Below are positions 9,746-20,218 of a stretch of 64,000 bases of DNA, in pieces. Both the position numbers and the translations under genes were made by a program. Under the pieces are notes generated by a model, which worked only from the letters and a program-made list of their open reading frames with translations, made no database searches and was not told where the DNA came from. Location: positions 26,917 through 90,916 of IMG/VR virus record IMGVR_UViG_3300043788_000101; one strand, given 5' to 3'. The number at the start of each line of letters is the position of its first letter. Position 1 is the stretch's first letter. This DNA comes from a virus.

Positions 9746-11200
9746 ATGAAAGCAGGAAGTCTCACGCTCCTCTATAGGATCGGCCTTGCGTGCGCAGTCA
9801 TCGCCGCATGCTCGGGTGTCAAGCAACCATCGCCACGTGTGAGCGCGATCTACGTGCCGCCAAGCTCCCTCACGGTGGCGCAGTGGTACATCGACGTTCA
9901 AAATACGACCACGTGCGCCTCGGACCAGAACAACGGGACCTCGTCGACGTGCGGTGGCTCGGACTCGACCGGCACGCCCAACGGCCCGATGCTGACAGGC
10001 TACGGCCTCGTGACGGGGCGCTGGAATTGCCAGTCCTCGCTGCAGGGCTGCGCGCGTCTGCCGCAGAACACGACGATCACATACCTCAGCGAGTACGCCA
10101 CGGCGGCAGCTGCGGCAGCTGACCTCATGTACCTCAGCCCGTCGCTCGAGGGCGGTTCCTATCTCAGCATCGTGTGCAATCTCCCGGCGCCGATTGGAAC
10201 GGGAACTCTCGGTACGGTCACGGCGCTCAATGCTCCCGAAGGAGTGCTGCTCCAGTCGACCACGGTGCCAGGATCGCCATCGCCGGGCACGCTCGTGGTC
10301 AACACGACGCACCCGGGCTACGCGTGGGTCCAGACGGCCGCGAATCCCGACGGCGGGGCTCCGACGACGTACACGCTCACGCAGCCACTTCTCGCGCAGG
10401 CCGTGCCACTGACGAACGGCACACCGCCGGCCGAGGTCAACTCGTGGGCGACGAGTGACGCGGTCAACGTGTACCAGCCTGGCTACGTGGCGTTCGCGGC
10501 CATCACCCCGATCGACGAGAACCTCGGTTCAAATTCCAACGGCGGGCGGGTCTATGTCTCTGGCTGCGCGAATGCCGCGGAATCGGGCAACGCCCAAACG
10601 ACGCTGAATGGCAACGTTCACTTCATTCAGTCTTCGTCAGCACGCACGATTGTCATGTCGTCAGCGGGCGGTGGAGCGGCGTCGCAATATTTCACGAACG
10701 ATTACCTGTCATCGCCCGTTTACATGGGCAGCGTGAACCGCGGAACTATGACGGTTTTCGTGGGAGGCTATGCGAGCGCCATCAACGGCGGCAGCGTCGT
10801 GCTCGACGGAGACCTCCAGGTAGGTAGCGCAAACATCGGAAGCGGGTCGGTGCTCGGGCGCGTTCAGTGCGCAACGATTACAGCCGCCGATGGCGTTGTG
10901 AAGGCGGCGATCGCGAACTACGGGAATCCGGCCATATACGGGTCCTGCATCGTCAACGCCAACATCGCGCACGTGGTCTACTCAGGCGACGCAGGTCCGA
11001 ATGCCGGCAATACGTTTCTCAACGTGGACGCGGGCGGGGTGCTGCAGGCGAACGGTCAGACCAAAACGTGCATCGGCGTCCCGAGTTTCTCGGCCATCGG
11101 CGCGTGCAATACGACGCTCACGCCTGCGAACCTGCAATCGAACCTTGCCGACGGAGGCAGTCTCTTTGTTCCTGGCGGCGGCTCTTTCGGAACGCTCTAG
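9746..11200 (+). CDS. Secreted / lipoprotein-like beta-rich protein
   Basis: Hydrophobic N-terminus with lipobox-like IAAC; PDGG and DAG motifs. Confidence 0.65.
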   Translation: MKAGSLTLLYRIGLACAVIAACSGVKQPSPRVSAIYVPPSSLTVAQWYIDVQNTTTCASDQNNGTSSTCGGSDSTGTPNGPMLTGYGLVTGRWNCQSSLQGCARLPQNTTITYLSEYATAAAAAADLMYLSPSLEGGSYLSIVCNLPAPIGTGTLGTVTALNAPEGVLLQSTTVPGSPSPGTLVVNTTHPGYAWVQTAANPDGGAPTTYTLTQPLLAQAVPLTNGTPPAEVNSWATSDAVNVYQPGYVAFAAITPIDENLGSNSNGGRVYVSGCANAAESGNAQTTLNGNVHFIQSSSARTIVMSSAGGGAASQYFTNDYLSSPVYMGSVNRGTMTVFVGGYASAINGGSVVLDGDLQVGSANIGSGSVLGRVQCATITAADGVVKAAIANYGNPAIYGSCIVNANIAHVVYSGDAGPNAGNTFLNVDAGGVLQANGQTKTCIGVPSFSAIGACNTTLTPANLQSNLADGGSLFVPGGGSFGTL

Positions 11201-11220
11201 CCGGAGCGCGCGCATTCGCC

Positions 11221-11628
11221 ATGAACTCGACCACGACGGACTATGGCTCGGACATGAGCCTGCTCATGGATCTCGATCCCATGGGCACCGTTGTAACGGG
11301 TCGGCTCTTGCTCGCGCAAGCGCTCATCCGTCGGTGGACGACGCCGCGTGGTCGGCTGCTAGATGATCCGAACTACGGCTACGCGGTCACCGACGAACTC
11401 AACGATGACCTCGGCCCCGCGGACATCAATCAGATTGCGGCCAACATGGACGCCGAGGCCATCAAGGATGAGCGCGTGGTCTCGAGTCAGACGACCGTGC
11501 AGTTCAATCCGGCTACGGGTTTTCTCATCACGACCACGATCATCGACGACGGTTCGGGTCCGTTCCCGCTCGTGCTCCAGATCAGCGACGTCACCGTGAC
11601 CATCCTCTCGCAGCAGCTTCTGGTCTGA
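11221..11628 (+). CDS. Baseplate wedge protein (gp25/gp46-like)
   Basis: QALIRRWTTPRGRLLDDPNYG...KDERV. Confidence 0.75.
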   Translation: MNSTTTDYGSDMSLLMDLDPMGTVVTGRLLLAQALIRRWTTPRGRLLDDPNYGYAVTDELNDDLGPADINQIAANMDAEAIKDERVVSSQTTVQFNPATGFLITTTIIDDGSGPFPLVLQISDVTVTILSQQLLV

Positions 11629-13493
11629 TGGCATCCCCCCTCACGATCGATCAACTATTCACTCCGTCGCCACCTGGCATCAACAGCCAGAACCCCGCAG
11701 GCACGATCGCGCCGAACTCATGGCTCGCGACGCTGCTTGCGGACGGGACGACGTTGGGACTGCCGACGACCGCATGGCAGGCGGGTCAGCCGATCCGCAC
11801 CGTCATGGCGATCCAAGCCGTAGAGCTTGCGAAAGAAGACAGCTTCATCTCGCAGCAGGCGCAGGGAGGTTTTCTCGACTTTGCCGCGACGGGCACCGTC
11901 ACCTTCACGGATCTCGACGGGACGACGACGACGGTTCCCGTCAGCCCAGACCCGAGCATCCCGGGCCAGAACCCGAACGCGAATCTCACCTGGCTCGATC
12001 TCATCGCCAACAGCGTCTACAACATCTACCGTACGCAGGCGACCGCGGCTTCGGGGCCGCTATATTTTGCAAACCTTGGCACGTCCACTTCGGGTACGTA
12101 TGCGGCTGGCGTATTCCACACGGCCAACACGCAGACGAACGCCACGTTCTCCAATCAGACGGCGTTCACGGGGACACAGTCCAGCATACTCGGCACGAAT
12201 ATCACTGTCGCCACAGCCGCGTCGCCAGTTTCGATTACGACGCAATCCGCGCACGGTCTGACGACCGGCAACGTCGTATACATTGCGAACGCAGTCGTCA
12301 CACCCAACGGTTTCTATGCGGTCACCGTGGCAAGCGGGACCGTATTTACGCTCAATGGGTCGAGCGGATCGGGATCTTATACGGGCACGAGCGGCCTCGT
12401 CTACTCGACGCAGGCCATCACGACGGCCGCCGATGTCGTCGGCACATCGAGCAACTCGCCGCCAGGACTCATCACGAAGCTCATCACGAGCGCGCCCAAC
12501 TGCTATGTCGCCAACCTCACAAGTTTCGCGGGAGCCAACTGGCAGAGCAACGTCTCGCTGGCTTCGCAGTGCCGCGCCAAGCTCGCGGCGCTGTCGCCCA
12601 ATGGTCCGCAGGGCGCGTACCTCTTCTACGCGCTCGCGTCGTATCTGATCCTGAGCGGTGAGTCGCCAGTCGCAAACGTCAACAATGCAACTGCGGTAGC
12701 GGCTGCCAATTACCTATCGGCGACGGGACTCATGCTGCCGAGCCCGTTGCCAACGAACGTCGTGCTCGACGGAGGCGCAATCACGCGTGCTCTGCCGCTG
12801 GCCTCGACCGCCACTGGCGTAGTGACAACGACACTTGCGAACGGCAACGGGCCAGTAGATGGTTGTATCAATAACGCGATCACCAACGTCACAGCGACAA
12901 GCCCGATCCAGGTCACGACAGGATCGCCGCACAATCTGGTCACGGGCGATTATGTGCAGGTGAACGCGGTTCAGGGAGTGACGGGCGCGAATGGCGTCGC
13001 CGTCTGCACGGTGCTCTCCAGCACCACAGTCTCGCTGAATGGGACGTCTGGCACTGGCGTTTACACATTTGGCGGGCAGCTCTCGGGCGGAGACGTCTAC
13101 GCTGTCAATCAAGTCATTCAAGCCTTCTGCGTCCCCAATGGCGTCACCGCGATCACGCAGTCCGCCAACCCAGTTACCGCCACGATAGCGGCCACGGTAT
13201 ACGTACCTGCAGCCTACGTTCCGACGTACACGACGGCTCTCGGGATAGGGCTGACGGCCTATTTCGCCTCATTTCCGATTGGAGGTCTCAACGTCGACAA
13301 CGCGCTCAACGTGCTGCCCATTGGAGCTATCGAGGGGCTGCTCTATGCGCTCGGGTCGGTGGCCGCGGGGCAGTTCTACACGCGGAGCGTTACCGGGGTA
13401 CTCATCAACGGAGTACCGAACGATCTGAGCCTCACGGCCACGGGCGTCGCGGTGCTGGGTTCGCCCGCCGGTATCGTCATCATCGGGCAATAG
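11628..13493 (+). CDS. Baseplate J-like protein with two inserted beta domains
   Basis: GFLDFA...WLDLIA..VY...R..AT.ASG; follows the wedge gene. Confidence 0.75.
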   Translation: MASPLTIDQLFTPSPPGINSQNPAGTIAPNSWLATLLADGTTLGLPTTAWQAGQPIRTVMAIQAVELAKEDSFISQQAQGGFLDFAATGTVTFTDLDGTTTTVPVSPDPSIPGQNPNANLTWLDLIANSVYNIYRTQATAASGPLYFANLGTSTSGTYAAGVFHTANTQTNATFSNQTAFTGTQSSILGTNITVATAASPVSITTQSAHGLTTGNVVYIANAVVTPNGFYAVTVASGTVFTLNGSSGSGSYTGTSGLVYSTQAITTAADVVGTSSNSPPGLITKLITSAPNCYVANLTSFAGANWQSNVSLASQCRAKLAALSPNGPQGAYLFYALASYLILSGESPVANVNNATAVAAANYLSATGLMLPSPLPTNVVLDGGAITRALPLASTATGVVTTTLANGNGPVDGCINNAITNVTATSPIQVTTGSPHNLVTGDYVQVNAVQGVTGANGVAVCTVLSSTTVSLNGTSGTGVYTFGGQLSGGDVYAVNQVIQAFCVPNGVTAITQSANPVTATIAATVYVPAAYVPTYTTALGIGLTAYFASFPIGGLNVDNALNVLPIGAIEGLLYALGSVAAGQFYTRSVTGVLINGVPNDLSLTATGVAVLGSPAGIVIIGQ

Positions 13494-13630
13494 CAGAGGG
13501 CGCGAAGTCCACTCGCGTTACTAAAATCGGATTCAAATCGTTAGGCACCCAATTTCAGACGGACATCGTCAGCGATCAGGTCGCGCCGCCGTGGCTTCAG
13601 AACCCGACGGGAAGCGCGTACCTCCAGGCG

Positions 13631-14650
13631 ATGGGGCAAGGCCTCGATCTCGTTCGGTATCGGAGCGCCCTGGCGTCGCTGCTGCACATGCCTGGGCAGA
13701 TGCCAATCTCCGCGATCGCGACGTCGGCCGACTACTACATCGGTCTCGATAGGCTGCTGACGCAGGGTCCGAATGAAACGCAGTCCGCCTTCGAAGCGCG
13801 ATTGAGCGCGGCGTTCGATACGTGGCAGCATGCCGGAAACGATTGGGCAGTACTACAGCAAGCGCTTGCGCAGCTGTCGCCGTACCAGCCGAAGGTGAGC
13901 GTCGTAAGCGACTCGAACACCTGGAGCTGGTACAACGAGGCGCAGCCATCCAGCGTACCCCCAAACACGTTCCTATCTCTATTTCTAAACTGGGACTGGG
14001 ACGGGGAGAGCTACGATCCACATCCGTTCAATGCGACGTCGTGGTGGCGCTTTTGGCTCATCTTGCAGTCCGGGTTGTCGATTGTGGGTGGGACGATCAG
14101 CGGCGCTACCGCGGGCACACCGGTCGAGATCACGACCAGCTCTCCGCACGGCCTATCTACGGGAGCGACGGTCTATATTGACCAAGTGCAGGGCGTCGTC
14201 GGCGCAAATGGCGGGCCGTTCCTGATCACGGTGATCGACACCACTCACTTCACGGTGCCAACGTCGGGCACCGGCTCCTACACGGGCGGTGGCTACGTTT
14301 TGACGCCAGACGCGCAGAACTGGGCGCATCCGTTTCCGTCACTCGGAACCACGCACGCGCCAGCGCTCGGAGGCAATCCTGTCGTATCGCTCGGTTTCGG
14401 CAATGTCCCGCCTACATTCTGGACGACGCTCAGGCAGGTACTCCAGACGTTCAAGGCCGCGCACGCATGGCTTCGGTGGATTGTCGTCTCGTACGACGCG
14501 TCATGGTTCAACCAGGACACGGGAATCATCGGCACCGAGATGCCGGATGGCAGCTGGGGACCGAACGTTGTGATTGAGTTTCTTGGAGGCAAGGGCGTCT
14601 ACGTCGCCACTCGCTACAGCAATGCCCGGTTCGTTCCGGGTGTGATCTGA
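13631..14650 (+). CDS. Baseplate I-like / tail protein (true start probably further upstream)
   Basis: IGLDRLL..GPNETQSAFEARL; frame is open upstream through PPWLQ. Confidence 0.65.
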   Translation: MGQGLDLVRYRSALASLLHMPGQMPISAIATSADYYIGLDRLLTQGPNETQSAFEARLSAAFDTWQHAGNDWAVLQQALAQLSPYQPKVSVVSDSNTWSWYNEAQPSSVPPNTFLSLFLNWDWDGESYDPHPFNATSWWRFWLILQSGLSIVGGTISGATAGTPVEITTSSPHGLSTGATVYIDQVQGVVGANGGPFLITVIDTTHFTVPTSGTGSYTGGGYVLTPDAQNWAHPFPSLGTTHAPALGGNPVVSLGFGNVPPTFWTTLRQVLQTFKAAHAWLRWIVVSYDASWFNQDTGIIGTEMPDGSWGPNVVIEFLGGKGVYVATRYSNARFVPGVI

Positions 14651-14660
14651 GGTCGACAGC

Positions 14661-15539
14661 ATGACTGGGCAATTGTACGGAGGGATGCCGGGCAACATCA
14701 GTAACCCGGCAGCCATCGCTATCACAAGCTCGACGGCCGCGAACCCGATCGAGATCGCGACAAGCACCGTGCATGGCCTGACGACGGGAGACTGGGTCGA
14801 CGTCTATTCGCACCTTACCAACCTTCCAGCCAATTGCGTGAATACGCAAGTCACGGTCGTCGACACGACGCACTTCACGATCCCGATCTCTGGGATCGGT
14901 TACACAGCGGGCGGAGCGAGCGGATACGTCCAGCCCCTCTCGTACACCCAGAACGTCGCGACGATTCCGGCCGACGGTGATCCGTACGCCGCCGCCACAT
15001 ACACGCCTGGGTACACGGCCGCGCTCGACCGGAGCGCCTTCGAGCGAGCGAACTCTGGAGCCTACAAGCTCGTTTACTACAATGTCGCCAAGATCTCCGA
15101 GACATTCTCAACGACATGGTTCACGAATACGACGAGCGCGGCGACCGTGCAGACGCAAATCTTTGGCATAGGCACGCCGCCGCCAGCGGTCGGTGTCAAC
15201 GATACCGTCGTCATCACGGCTGACCTCACGCTAGCCAATAGCAATTCGAACAACGTTGTCGCGTCTATTGGGTGCACATGGGGCAACGCATCTATCGTTA
15301 CCAAGATCCCTGGCTCCTCGAAGTTTCTGATCTCGCAGGGGGCCTCGTCGATCTGGAGCTTTCAGCTTACCGCCGTTTTCCAGGCCGACTTCGGGATCAC
15401 GGCTCCGCAGACAGTTAGTCCCATCGGACTGATTAGCTTTCTCTACAACCAGACCGTGTCCACAGCGGCGCTATTCGAGGGCGCCGGTGACGTCACGTTG
15501 CAGGTCTGGGTCTACAGGCCGACGCTCATTCTTCAGTAG
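14661..15539 (+). CDS. Tail fibre / appendage protein
   Basis: Thr/Ser-rich, shares the HGLTTGD module with the baseplate proteins. Confidence 0.55.
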   Translation: MTGQLYGGMPGNISNPAAIAITSSTAANPIEIATSTVHGLTTGDWVDVYSHLTNLPANCVNTQVTVVDTTHFTIPISGIGYTAGGASGYVQPLSYTQNVATIPADGDPYAAATYTPGYTAALDRSAFERANSGAYKLVYYNVAKISETFSTTWFTNTTSAATVQTQIFGIGTPPPAVGVNDTVVITADLTLANSNSNNVVASIGCTWGNASIVTKIPGSSKFLISQGASSIWSFQLTAVFQADFGITAPQTVSPIGLISFLYNQTVSTAALFEGAGDVTLQVWVYRPTLILQ

Positions 15540-16342
15540 CCGGGTGGACAGCACCATTCCGTTTCGCCGACAGGCGCGGCGTAAGGATATGCCATCGACG
15601 TACAACTGTGGCCCGTGGCGGCGGGGGACGCGGCACCTGGAGGGCATAGCACTATCCAGCCCTGATACGCGCCCGTGCTAGAGGGGTCGCATGTCGGCGC
15701 AGAGTCCCCAATGCGATAGAAGCACGTGGGCGTGGAGCCGCATACGTTCGCTACCCCACCACCTCCGCACGATTCGCCGGACGGACATATCGGACTGCCG
15801 TTGGCGTCGTTCTGCCCACATCCAGTGGTGCCGCCACATCCGTCTGGAAACGTGCCGCATCCGTTTGCGGGGCACGACGCGACATCGAATGGCGTGCATC
15901 CGCAGTCGTTCGCTACCCCACCACCGCCGCAGGTCGCGCCAGGCTTGCTGCACGTTCCCGTACATTCGAGCGTACCGCCGCAACCGTCTGGCATCGTTCC
16001 GCAGTGAGTGAGCGCGACCCCTGAGAGGACATAGTCGCAGCCGACTGGCACGCAGGCCTCGGGCGCGGCGTCTCGTTGACTAGGGCCGCCGTCAGGCTCT
16101 TGGGGCGCATCCGGCACGCCAGCGTCGCTTGCATCAATATCGGTGGAGGCTTCTACTGGAGGCGAGGCGACGGCATCTGCCTGGGCGTCCGGCGTGGTCT
16201 CGGAGCCAACGTCCGGTTCGGCGACCGCACCGGAGTCGTCACTCGTCATCATGTCCGAATGGGCAGGGTCGAGCGGACCGCCACCGCAGGCACAGAACGC
16301 TAGCGCAATCCACGTCCAGGCCCATCCAATAGCACGCCTCAT
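15533..16342 (-). CDS. Cys-rich myxobacterial-type lipoprotein (moron)
   Basis: Lipobox FCAC, acidic DAG/DGG linker, two CG..PDGCGG...CGGGGVAN repeats. Confidence 0.7.
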   Translation of the reverse strand: MRRAIGWAWTWIALAFCACGGGPLDPAHSDMMTSDDSGAVAEPDVGSETTPDAQADAVASPPVEASTDIDASDAGVPDAPQEPDGGPSQRDAAPEACVPVGCDYVLSGVALTHCGTMPDGCGGTLECTGTCSKPGATCGGGGVANDCGCTPFDVASCPANGCGTFPDGCGGTTGCGQNDANGSPICPSGESCGGGGVANVCGSTPTCFYRIGDSAPTCDPSSTGAYQGWIVLCPPGAASPAATGHSCTSMAYPYAAPVGETEWCCPPGY

Positions 16343-16425
16343 CGTCCAACCCTCCCAAAGAGCGCAATGCCCATGCCATATCATACGGCCCAGCCGCGCT
16401 TTTACAATAGGGGACCGGGTGTCCA

Positions 16426-16824
16426 GTGAGTAGCCCGCTCGCTCTCAACCTGACGCTCCGGGCGGGGTGCGCCGAGACAGGCTCTCTCCGCTGGCAGACC
16501 GGGGCTCCGCCGCCTTCGGGGGCCACCGACGTGGACCTGACGGGCTGCACGGCCATCGCGACGGTCTGGGCGCCGCAGCAGTGGACCTCGCCGCTCGTGA
16601 CCATCACGACGACGCCGGGCGCTTACGGGTCGATCTCGATCGGCACCTTCGGCAGCGCACAAGTCCCGAGCGTCGTCACGTGGCTTTTCACGGCGGCTGG
16701 CGTCGCGCTCTTGCTACCGAGCGCTCCGCTTGACGAGGCGCGGCTCGAGTGGGGGCTCAACGTTATCTTTCCGAGCACGGGGCCATGGCCGCTCATTCGC
16801 GGGCGCGTCACGGTCAAGCCATGA
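16426..16824 (+). CDS. Hypothetical virion protein
   Basis: DLTGCTA...RGRVTV pattern resembling small phage adaptor proteins. Confidence 0.55.
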   Translation: MSSPLALNLTLRAGCAETGSLRWQTGAPPPSGATDVDLTGCTAIATVWAPQQWTSPLVTITTTPGAYGSISIGTFGSAQVPSVVTWLFTAAGVALLLPSAPLDEARLEWGLNVIFPSTGPWPLIRGRVTVKP

Positions 16825-16825
16825 C

Positions 16826-17230
16826 ATGGGAACACCGAATGTCACAAATCTCAACCTCCTCAACGTCATCCTGCCGTTTGGTCCGGCCGCGCAGTCGGGG
16901 ATCACGGCCTACTACCCGAGCATCGGGACATTCGTCCCACGCATGTCCGGCGCGGTGGGGCCGCCGATAGTGGGAAATTACCAGACCGTCCAAACAGACT
17001 TTGTGGCGCTACCAGGGCAGCCAGCGCTCAACTTCCTGCCGCCGCTCAAGGCCGCGAATGATGGCGCGAACGCGAGCACCGACGTGAGCACGACGCAGAT
17101 TCAGTACGGCACGAACGCCGCGTTGCCGTCGCAGCCTGTCGCTCAGTACACCCTCTATCTCGCGACCGACAATGGCGCGATTTACGTCAGTAGTGGGAGC
17201 GCGTGGCTCCAGATACTAGGGCCGGCATGA
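16826..17230 (+). CDS. Hypothetical virion protein
   Basis: C-terminal LYLATDNGAIYVSSGSAW fibre-like motif. Confidence 0.55.
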   Translation: MGTPNVTNLNLLNVILPFGPAAQSGITAYYPSIGTFVPRMSGAVGPPIVGNYQTVQTDFVALPGQPALNFLPPLKAANDGANASTDVSTTQIQYGTNAALPSQPVAQYTLYLATDNGAIYVSSGSAWLQILGPA

Positions 17231-18264
17231 CCAAACTTCAGAAACTCATCATCGGCGCTGTGCTGCTTTGCTACGGAGTAATGCTCTCCGTGCTATTCGT
17301 GCGTCATAGGCCAGCCACGTCGCCGACGCAGCCGCATACCTACGGAGCAGTCGGCGGCTACACGCTGCCCGCTGGAGCGGCGACCGGGACCACAGTCTAC
17401 GCGAACAATGCCGGCGGATGGTCGACGTTGGCGCCAGGAAGCAACGGGCAGACCTATCAGCTCTCATCCGGTATCCCTTCGTGGGCTACAGCCTCTGGTG
17501 GCGCCACACTGCCGGACGCGGGCACCGGCGGCATGTGGTTTCAGAACGACGCCGGAGTGGTCACGCCTGTCGCGGCAGCAACTGTCGTCGGACAGCCGCT
17601 CCTGAGCGGCCCTGGCGAGTACCCGGCGTTCGGTACGCCCACATTCGGCACGGGGCTTGTTGGTACAGGCAATGTTACACCACCTCCTACCGTAGCGGGT
17701 GGCGGATGGACATCGATCAACAACTCGACAGGTCTAACGGCGAGCGATCAATCCAACGGATCGATTCTCATCGTATTCCAGAATGCAGCCAGCGCTGGTA
17801 ACGGCTATGTGAGAACTGGCTGGACCACCGGCGTAGAAATTGGCTTCGATATGGATGATATATTCATAACGACCGTGGCCGGAGGCTCGGCGCAGCAGCT
17901 TTGGGCTGGCGTCTGCATGTGGAACGGCACGCAGTACTTGCTCATGGGCATTCTTAGCTATTGCACCGGCGCAACAGGCTATTGCGGAACGGGCCTTATC
18001 CTTACCGGCACGGATGCTTCGGGTACACAGACGCAGGGCAACTGGTCTCAGTGGTCCAAACCATTCGTGCGAATGCAGATATCCGGCTCGAACATCATAT
18101 CGCAGTTGTCGGTCGACAAGCAGTTGTGGTCGACCATCTACACGACGGCGATCTCGACGGCGTTCCCAAGCGGCACGCCGACCTATGGCGGAGTGTGTGT
18201 CGGGCACCCGCCGTCGAACAATGGGGCCGTTGGCCTAACGCTCTTCGACTTCGTCCTGAACTAG
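17227..18264 (+). CDS. Membrane-anchored fibre / lectin-like protein
   Basis: N-terminal TM helix, LAPGSNGQ....GIPSW fibre-like motif, beta-rich C-terminus. Confidence 0.6.
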   Translation: MTKLQKLIIGAVLLCYGVMLSVLFVRHRPATSPTQPHTYGAVGGYTLPAGAATGTTVYANNAGGWSTLAPGSNGQTYQLSSGIPSWATASGGATLPDAGTGGMWFQNDAGVVTPVAAATVVGQPLLSGPGEYPAFGTPTFGTGLVGTGNVTPPPTVAGGGWTSINNSTGLTASDQSNGSILIVFQNAASAGNGYVRTGWTTGVEIGFDMDDIFITTVAGGSAQQLWAGVCMWNGTQYLLMGILSYCTGATGYCGTGLILTGTDASGTQTQGNWSQWSKPFVRMQISGSNIISQLSVDKQLWSTIYTTAISTAFPSGTPTYGGVCVGHPPSNNGAVGLTLFDFVLN

Positions 18265-18341
18265 GAGAGCGCAGTGAGCGATCCAAACGATTCGCAAGTC
18301 GTTTACACGATTGGCTTTCGACGCGGTATAATGCGCGCTGG

Positions 18342-18926
18342 ATGCCTGCAAAGCTGACGTGTCCGAAGAGATGTTCGAAGTGCGGATCGGCGGGCCCGTT
18401 CTACAAGAACAGGGCAATGCGAGATGGCCTGACGAACCAGTGTCGACGCTGTCACAACGCTAGTGCGACAAGATGGGCAAAGGCAAACCCGGAAAAAACG
18501 CGGGCCATCGGGAGACGATTCGAGCGTGCGCACCGTCATGAGCGCAGCAAGTGTAGGACGACGCCGCAAGTCCTAAAGGCCTGGAGAAACGCGAATCACA
18601 TCAAGCTCGTTGCACAAGCGCGAGAGTGGTGGAAAACCCATCCAGAGCAACTCGCAGCTAAGAAGGCACGACGTCGCGCAAGAGTGCACGGAGTCGAAGT
18701 ACGATTGACCGCCAAAGAATGGCGAGACATCGTCGAGTTCTTCGGACACAGATGCGCGTACTGCCTGCGAGGCGACGTCAAGCTGACGCAGGATCATGTG
18801 GTCGCGCTGTCGCGTGGCGGGACACATACGGCCGAAAATGTCGTGCCGGCATGCTTGCCGTGCAACTCGAAGCATAAACGAGAACTACCTGTTTTCTGGA
18901 TGGTGAATATTCATGGGCGATCCTAA
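18342..18926 (+). CDS. Free-standing HNH endonuclease (paralog of 3462-4169)
   Basis: [38 protein letters not shown]. Confidence 0.9.
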   Translation: MPAKLTCPKRCSKCGSAGPFYKNRAMRDGLTNQCRRCHNASATRWAKANPEKTRAIGRRFERAHRHERSKCRTTPQVLKAWRNANHIKLVAQAREWWKTHPEQLAAKKARRRARVHGVEVRLTAKEWRDIVEFFGHRCAYCLRGDVKLTQDHVVALSRGGTHTAENVVPACLPCNSKHKRELPVFWMVNIHGRS

Positions 18927-19317
18927 TGACCCGATGCAGGTCTTCACTATAGGGGTTCCTGGTCCGAGCGGCCTTCCGATGCTATGGCAAGGCGCGCTGC
19001 CGATTACGCCAGGTCAGTCGCCGTACTCGGCCGCGATCCTGCAGCCCGTACCGGTCGATTGCCGCACGGGCCCAGTGACGATTCAGCTGCCGGCGCTCAC
19101 CGACTCCTCGACGTGCGTCGTCGCGATCAAGGACTTGTATGGCGCGAGCGCGACCAACAACATCACGTTGCTCCCAGTCTCTGGGCTCAGTACCGTGGTC
19201 GAGCAGCCTGGCGCTCTAGGCACGTACGCCTCCACCGGGGTCATCGCGAGCAATGGCGCTGTCGTTTGGCTCGTGTCGATGTTCTCGATCAACGCATGGG
19301 TCATCTGGGTGCACTGA
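18913..19317 (+). CDS. Hypothetical virion protein
   Basis: [13 protein letters not shown]...IKD..G.SATNNIT fibre-associated pattern. Confidence 0.55.
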   Translation: MGDPNDPMQVFTIGVPGPSGLPMLWQGALPITPGQSPYSAAILQPVPVDCRTGPVTIQLPALTDSSTCVVAIKDLYGASATNNITLLPVSGLSTVVEQPGALGTYASTGVIASNGAVVWLVSMFSINAWVIWVH

Positions 19318-19671
19318 ATGCTCGAAGATTACCAGCCTCAGACCGAGTTCGAGCGAGTCGTGTTGGCCCTCGTGAGCCGCGCAGAAACAGCAGCCATACG
19401 TGCCGAGGAATCCGCGAAGGCGGCCATGAATGCAGCCGTCGCCACGCACGCATGCGTCGACGAGATGCGTCTGGAGCTTCGACAGGCGGCCAGCAATGTA
19501 GCGACAGCGCGGCGCGAAGCCGAAGTGTGTGCGCTCCGCGCCGAAGCCGCCGAGGACTATGTGCGCGCAGCCACTCGGGAAGCGCGCTCTGTCGACCCGA
19601 CGCCGCGAGAGCTTCCTAACTCCAGTATGCCTCCGTCGTCGAGCGTGCCACCAGTTCCAGAGGGCAAGTGA
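19318..19671 (+). CDS. Coiled-coil hypothetical protein
   Basis: Abutting ORF, Ala/Glu/Arg-rich. Confidence 0.5.
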   Translation: MLEDYQPQTEFERVVLALVSRAETAAIRAEESAKAAMNAAVATHACVDEMRLELRQAASNVATARREAEVCALRAEAAEDYVRAATREARSVDPTPRELPNSSMPPSSSVPPVPEGK

Positions 19672-19970
19672 CGCCCGAAGCCGACATCGCGCTCGCGGCG
19701 ATTGTCGTCGCTATTGTGAGTGGCCTTGTTGCGACTGTGTTCGCGCTTTTCACGCTGCGTGTGCGCGACCTCGAAGAGAAGACAATCTCGCGGGAGCTTT
19801 TCCAAATTCACCAGAAGCACGTCGACGATCGGCTCGACAAGCAAGACAAGGCGCTTGAGTCTCACGGTGCCACGCTGCAGCAAAACACGAACGCCACCAA
19901 CCGCGCGCTAGGCATCCTTGAACGTTTGGAGCGTAAAGCTTCACCACCACCTCGGAGCTACGGTGGATGA
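19668..19970 (+). CDS. Single-TM holin/antiholin-like protein
   Basis: One N-terminal TM helix plus coiled coil. Confidence 0.5.
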   Translation: MTPEADIALAAIVVAIVSGLVATVFALFTLRVRDLEEKTISRELFQIHQKHVDDRLDKQDKALESHGATLQQNTNATNRALGILERLERKASPPPRSYGG

Positions 19971-20218
19971 GTGTCGCACCCATTCGAGCCCGACGAAGCG
20001 CCGACCAAGCCCGAAGGATTTCGAGCGGAGCTACGCCTCATCGCAGAACGCGTACTGGCGTGCGAACCCGGTGACATTGCGGTCCTCAAGATGCTTCGGG
20101 AGTCGGCCACCAATTCGGACGCTGACATGGCTCGGTATCTATCGGCCTGCCACAAATTCGTCGAGCGGTTGCTCGGCTGAGATTCCTACCACACCATCGA
20201 AAGACAAGAGGCGATCTG

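Noticed and set aside
1324-15539. Stand-alone eCIS or tailocin
   Set aside because: Linked to connector-like, replication and recombination genes, consistent with a full phage
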